Shown here: positions 26,477 to 29,187 of the stretch, one piece after another
Layout of the letters: each line of letters opens with the position of its first letter
How positions within the stretch are numbered: the stretch's first letter is position 1
The notes under the pieces: generated by a model
Told to the model about the DNA's origin: nothing
The model's database searches: none
Seen by the model: the letters and a program-made list of their open reading frames with translations, nothing else
From: a virus
Taxonomy: Duplodnaviria; Caudoviricetes
Direction: 5' to 3' (one strand)
DNA: 29,187 bases
Virus record (IMG/VR): IMGVR_UViG_3300032330_001713
Span: 1 to 29,187 of that record
Made by a program: the position numbers and the translations under genes

Positions 26477-26493
26477 TAAAATAAAATATAGTT

Positions 26494-26946
26494 ATGCTTC
26501 AAACAAAAAATCCTCTATATGTTGAGGATTTAATCAATGATCCCAATTTTAATATCGAAGAATTTTATGGTTATGTGTATTTAACAATGCATATAAAGTC
26601 AAATCGCTCGTATATTGGTAAAAAAGCATTCCAACATACCACAACTAAAAAGTTAGGTAAAAAAGAATTAGCTGAAATACCAGTAACTAGAGGTAAACGA
26701 CCAACTAAAAAATCAGTAATTAAAGAAAGTGATTGGAAAACATATTATGGTTCCAACACTGAAGTAAAATCATTACCTAAAACTGAATTAACACGAATGG
26801 TGTTACGTTTATGTAAATCAAAAAAAGAATTAACATACTACGAAACAAAATATTTGTTTGCTTTTAATGTTTTAGAAAATGATTCATATATGAACGATAA
26901 TATACTAGGTAAGTTCTATAGAAAAGATTTGTCTACTCAAGAATAA
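26494..26946 (+). CDS. GIY-YIG family endonuclease-like protein
   Basis: GYVY-x9-YIGKK, YYGS, ELTYYE (catalytic Glu candidate) and YMNDNI; resembles Seg-type GIY-YIG proteins. Confidence 0.8.
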   Translation: MLQTKNPLYVEDLINDPNFNIEEFYGYVYLTMHIKSNRSYIGKKAFQHTTTKKLGKKELAEIPVTRGKRPTKKSVIKESDWKTYYGSNTEVKSLPKTELTRMVLRLCKSKKELTYYETKYLFAFNVLENDSYMNDNILGKFYRKDLSTQE

Positions 26947-26959
26947 TGCATTATATTAT
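26928..26959 (+). promoter_or_regulatory. Possible Bacteroidota-type host promoter for the primase operon
   Basis: TTTG 26928-26931, 20-nt spacer, TATATTAT 26952-26959; same geometry as 4453-4484. Confidence 0.3.
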
Positions 26960-26964
26960 AGGTT

Positions 26965-27900
26965 ATGATTAATGCAGCCTTACTACATACGGTAAACAGT
27001 GTATTAGGAAAAGGAAAAGAAACGAGTAGTAATAACTACGCTTATAAATGTCCTTTTTGTAATCATCATAAACTAAAACTTGAAGTAAACATGGTTCCTA
27101 ACCTAAAAGGAGAGAATCCATGGCATTGCTGGGTATGTAACGCTAAAGGTAAAACATTAGTAGGTTTATTTAAGAAAATAAAAACGGTTCCTGACAAAAT
27201 ATCTGAGTTACGATCAATACTTGGGTTTACTACAAAGGAAGAAGTTGTTAGCGACAAAACAAAAGTTGAATTACCTAAAGAATACAAACCACTTACTAAC
27301 CTCGCACGCACAGATATCGCCGCTAAACACGCTTTAATGTATTTAAAAAAACGAGGTATCAATAAGGCGGATATATTGAAGTATAATATAGGTTATTGTG
27401 AAGAAGGCAGGTATAACAACAGAATTATCGTACCATCGTACGATGCTAACGGCGAATTAAATTACTTTATTGCCCGAGATATTAATCCAGACTCTAAAAA
27501 GAAATATGATGCGCCAAAATGTAACAAAAACGAATTAATAGGACTAGAATATTTTATAAATTGGGATGTTCCCGTTATATTATGTGAAGGAATATTTGAT
27601 GCTATTGCAATTAAACGTAACGCAGTACCATTATTAGGTAAATCTATACCAAAAGCATTAATGTTAAAATTAGTACAACCAAGTGTTAAAACAGTATACG
27701 TATCTTTAGACAGGGACGCCTTAAAAGATGCTTTATCATACGCGGAACAACTTCTCAATTTAGGTAAAGACGTTTATCTGATTGATTTACAAGATAAAGA
27801 TCCATCAGACATGGGTTTCGAAAAATTCACCAAATTAGTTCATGAAGCTGAGCAATTAACACTCGGACAACTAATTTATAAAAAACTAGAATTAGCATGA
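26965..27900 (+). CDS. dnaG: DnaG-type DNA primase
   Basis: Zn finger CPFC..H...WHCWVC; YLKKRGI...YNIGY...RIIVP...FIAR; TOPRIM CEGIFDA, LDRDA, KDPSD. Confidence 0.93.
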   Translation: MINAALLHTVNSVLGKGKETSSNNYAYKCPFCNHHKLKLEVNMVPNLKGENPWHCWVCNAKGKTLVGLFKKIKTVPDKISELRSILGFTTKEEVVSDKTKVELPKEYKPLTNLARTDIAAKHALMYLKKRGINKADILKYNIGYCEEGRYNNRIIVPSYDANGELNYFIARDINPDSKKKYDAPKCNKNELIGLEYFINWDVPVILCEGIFDAIAIKRNAVPLLGKSIPKALMLKLVQPSVKTVYVSLDRDALKDALSYAEQLLNLGKDVYLIDLQDKDPSDMGFEKFTKLVHEAEQLTLGQLIYKKLELA

Positions 27901-28682
27901 TAGAAAGAAATGCCAACATAATCAAAGACCCTAAAATTAAACGCATTGTAGATTACAATGAGGGGGACAAACAAGTAAATGTATTAGATAGTAGATTCTA
28001 CAGACGCGGAGAAGAATACTATCCTTCAGTGACTTCAGTATTAAACTACTTTCCTAAAAATCAATTTTTTCATAATTGGTTAAAAGATGTAGGACACAAC
28101 AGTGAAATTATAGCAAATAAAGCTGCTTTTGAAGGAACCCAAGTACATAATGCTATTGACAAATTTTTAGCAGGAGAAGAAATTAATTGGTTAGATCAAT
28201 ATGGAAAAGCTGAGTATAGCTTAGATGTATGGAAATTAATCCTTAAATTTGCTGACTTTTGGAATACACAAAAACCAGAATTGATAGTTAGTGAATATCA
28301 TGTATTCTCTGATGAATACAAATACGCAGGTACAGCGGATTTAATTGTAAGATTAAATGAAAAGATTTGGTTATTAGATATTAAAACATCAAATTCACTT
28401 CATACATCATATGATTTACAATTAGCCGCGTATGCTAAAGCATGGAATGAAACTCATGATACACCAATTGAAGAAACAGGTATTATTTGGTTAAAAGCAA
28501 ATACAAGAGGTGAAGGAAAAGGAGATAAAATACAAGGTAAAGGATGGGAACTAAAACATATCAGTAATATTGATGTAAATTTTAAATATTTTACAAATAT
28601 ATACGACATATATAGACTTGAAAATCCAAATCTTAAGCCTATGACTGAATCATTACCAACATCAATTAAATTAGCTGAGTAA
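27897..28682 (+). CDS. PD-(D/E)XK exonuclease (Cas4/YqaJ-like phage nuclease)
   Basis: YPSVTSVL, GTQVHNAI, SE, YAGTADL, LLDIKTS, QLAAYA; ATGA overlap with primase. Confidence 0.9.
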   Translation: MIERNANIIKDPKIKRIVDYNEGDKQVNVLDSRFYRRGEEYYPSVTSVLNYFPKNQFFHNWLKDVGHNSEIIANKAAFEGTQVHNAIDKFLAGEEINWLDQYGKAEYSLDVWKLILKFADFWNTQKPELIVSEYHVFSDEYKYAGTADLIVRLNEKIWLLDIKTSNSLHTSYDLQLAAYAKAWNETHDTPIEETGIIWLKANTRGEGKGDKIQGKGWELKHISNIDVNFKYFTNIYDIYRLENPNLKPMTESLPTSIKLAE

Positions 28683-28689
28683 TATTTAT
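28682..28689 (+). promoter_or_regulatory. ATATTTAT candidate late promoter
   Basis: Overlaps the nuclease stop; 4 nt before GTG 28694. Confidence 0.5.
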
Positions 28690-28693
28690 CCAT

Positions 28694-29187
28694 GTGGATA
28701 ATAATCAATTTACCATAGTCATTCCTTGCAAAAATGAAGGTATAAATATATACGATTGTTTAGGATTCATTTGCAAACAAAAAGGAATAAAAAATACTAG
28801 AGTTATCATCGCTGATAACTCAGATGATAAAGAATCATTACAATGGTTATATAGAGCTCAAATAGATTACAAATATTCTATTAAAATAGAAGTTATTAAA
28901 GGAGGGTATCCAGCTAAAGCGCGCCTTGAAGGTTCGAAATTAGTGGATACCCCTTATATATTATTTTTAGACGCAGATATAATGCTATTAGATAAAACTG
29001 TTTTAGACATTATATCAGACTTTAAAGGAGACTTATTAACAGTTCCTTTTATCACTGAAAAAGGATGGAATTGGGTATTTCGTTTATTTGATTTGTTTCA
29101 AACTTTAAGTATAAAATTAGGTACACCATTTGCTGTGGGTGGCTTCCAATATTGGAACACTAAAAAGTATTGGGAACTAGGAGGATA
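28694..29187 (+). CDS. Glycosyltransferase family 2 (3' truncated by the window end; not in the ORF track)
   Basis: From GTG 28694: (M)DNNQFTIVIPCKNEG...RVIIADNSDD...GGYPAKARLEG...PYILFLDAD (DxD)...VGGFQ...ELGG, open to the window end. In-frame TGA at 28676 bounds the 5' end. Confidence 0.9.
   Translation, partial: MDNNQFTIVIPCKNEGINIYDCLGFICKQKGIKNTRVIIADNSDDKESLQWLYRAQIDYKYSIKIEVIKGGYPAKARLEGSKLVDTPYILFLDADIMLLDKTVLDIISDFKGDLLTVPFITEKGWNWVFRLFDLFQTLSIKLGTPFAVGGFQYWNTKKYWELGG

Noticed and set aside
925-28708. Remaining short minus-strand and nested ORFs in the track (e.g. 925, 2317, 2726, 2956, 4613, 8957, 10203, 10677, 11931, 12190, 15086, 15422, 27066, 27462, 28454)
   Set aside because: All overlap better-supported + strand genes that tile the window, and none shows a recognisable motif.
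1-29187. Stop-codon reassignment
   Set aside because: Genes tile densely under the standard bacterial code, ending in TAA or TGA, with TGA in ATGA overlaps. None of the called genes ends in TAG, but none needs TAG readthrough either.

Overview
An AT-rich segment of a large tailed dsDNA phage genome, probably a myovirus of a Bacteroidota host. The host call is inferred from the absence of Shine-Dalgarno sites and from A-rich start contexts. All credible genes lie on the + strand and many are translationally coupled (TAATG/ATGA). In order: (1) a MoxR-like AAA+ ATPase / HExxH-VWA operon with three proteins sharing a 31-aa motif; (2) a structured 240-nt intergenic region; (3) glutaredoxin, HD hydrolase, membrane protein and a gp55-like sigma factor; (4) a baseplate/tail region, with an apparently tripartite hub/spike carrying tail lysozyme, SGNH and CHAP-like domains, gp25- and gp6-like wedge proteins, a GH19 lysin, a 1634-aa protein and tail-collar-like proteins; (5) three consecutive genes built as 'core fragment + mucin-like Ser/Thr/Pro/Ala linker + Cys-containing variable tip', two of which together reconstitute a paralog of the upstream gene; (6) GIY-YIG nuclease, primase, PD-(D/E)XK nuclease and a truncated GT2 glycosyltransferase. 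An ATATTTAT(A) motif recurs in intergenic gaps and is a candidate late promoter. All calls come from motif reading and by-eye alignment; no searches were run.
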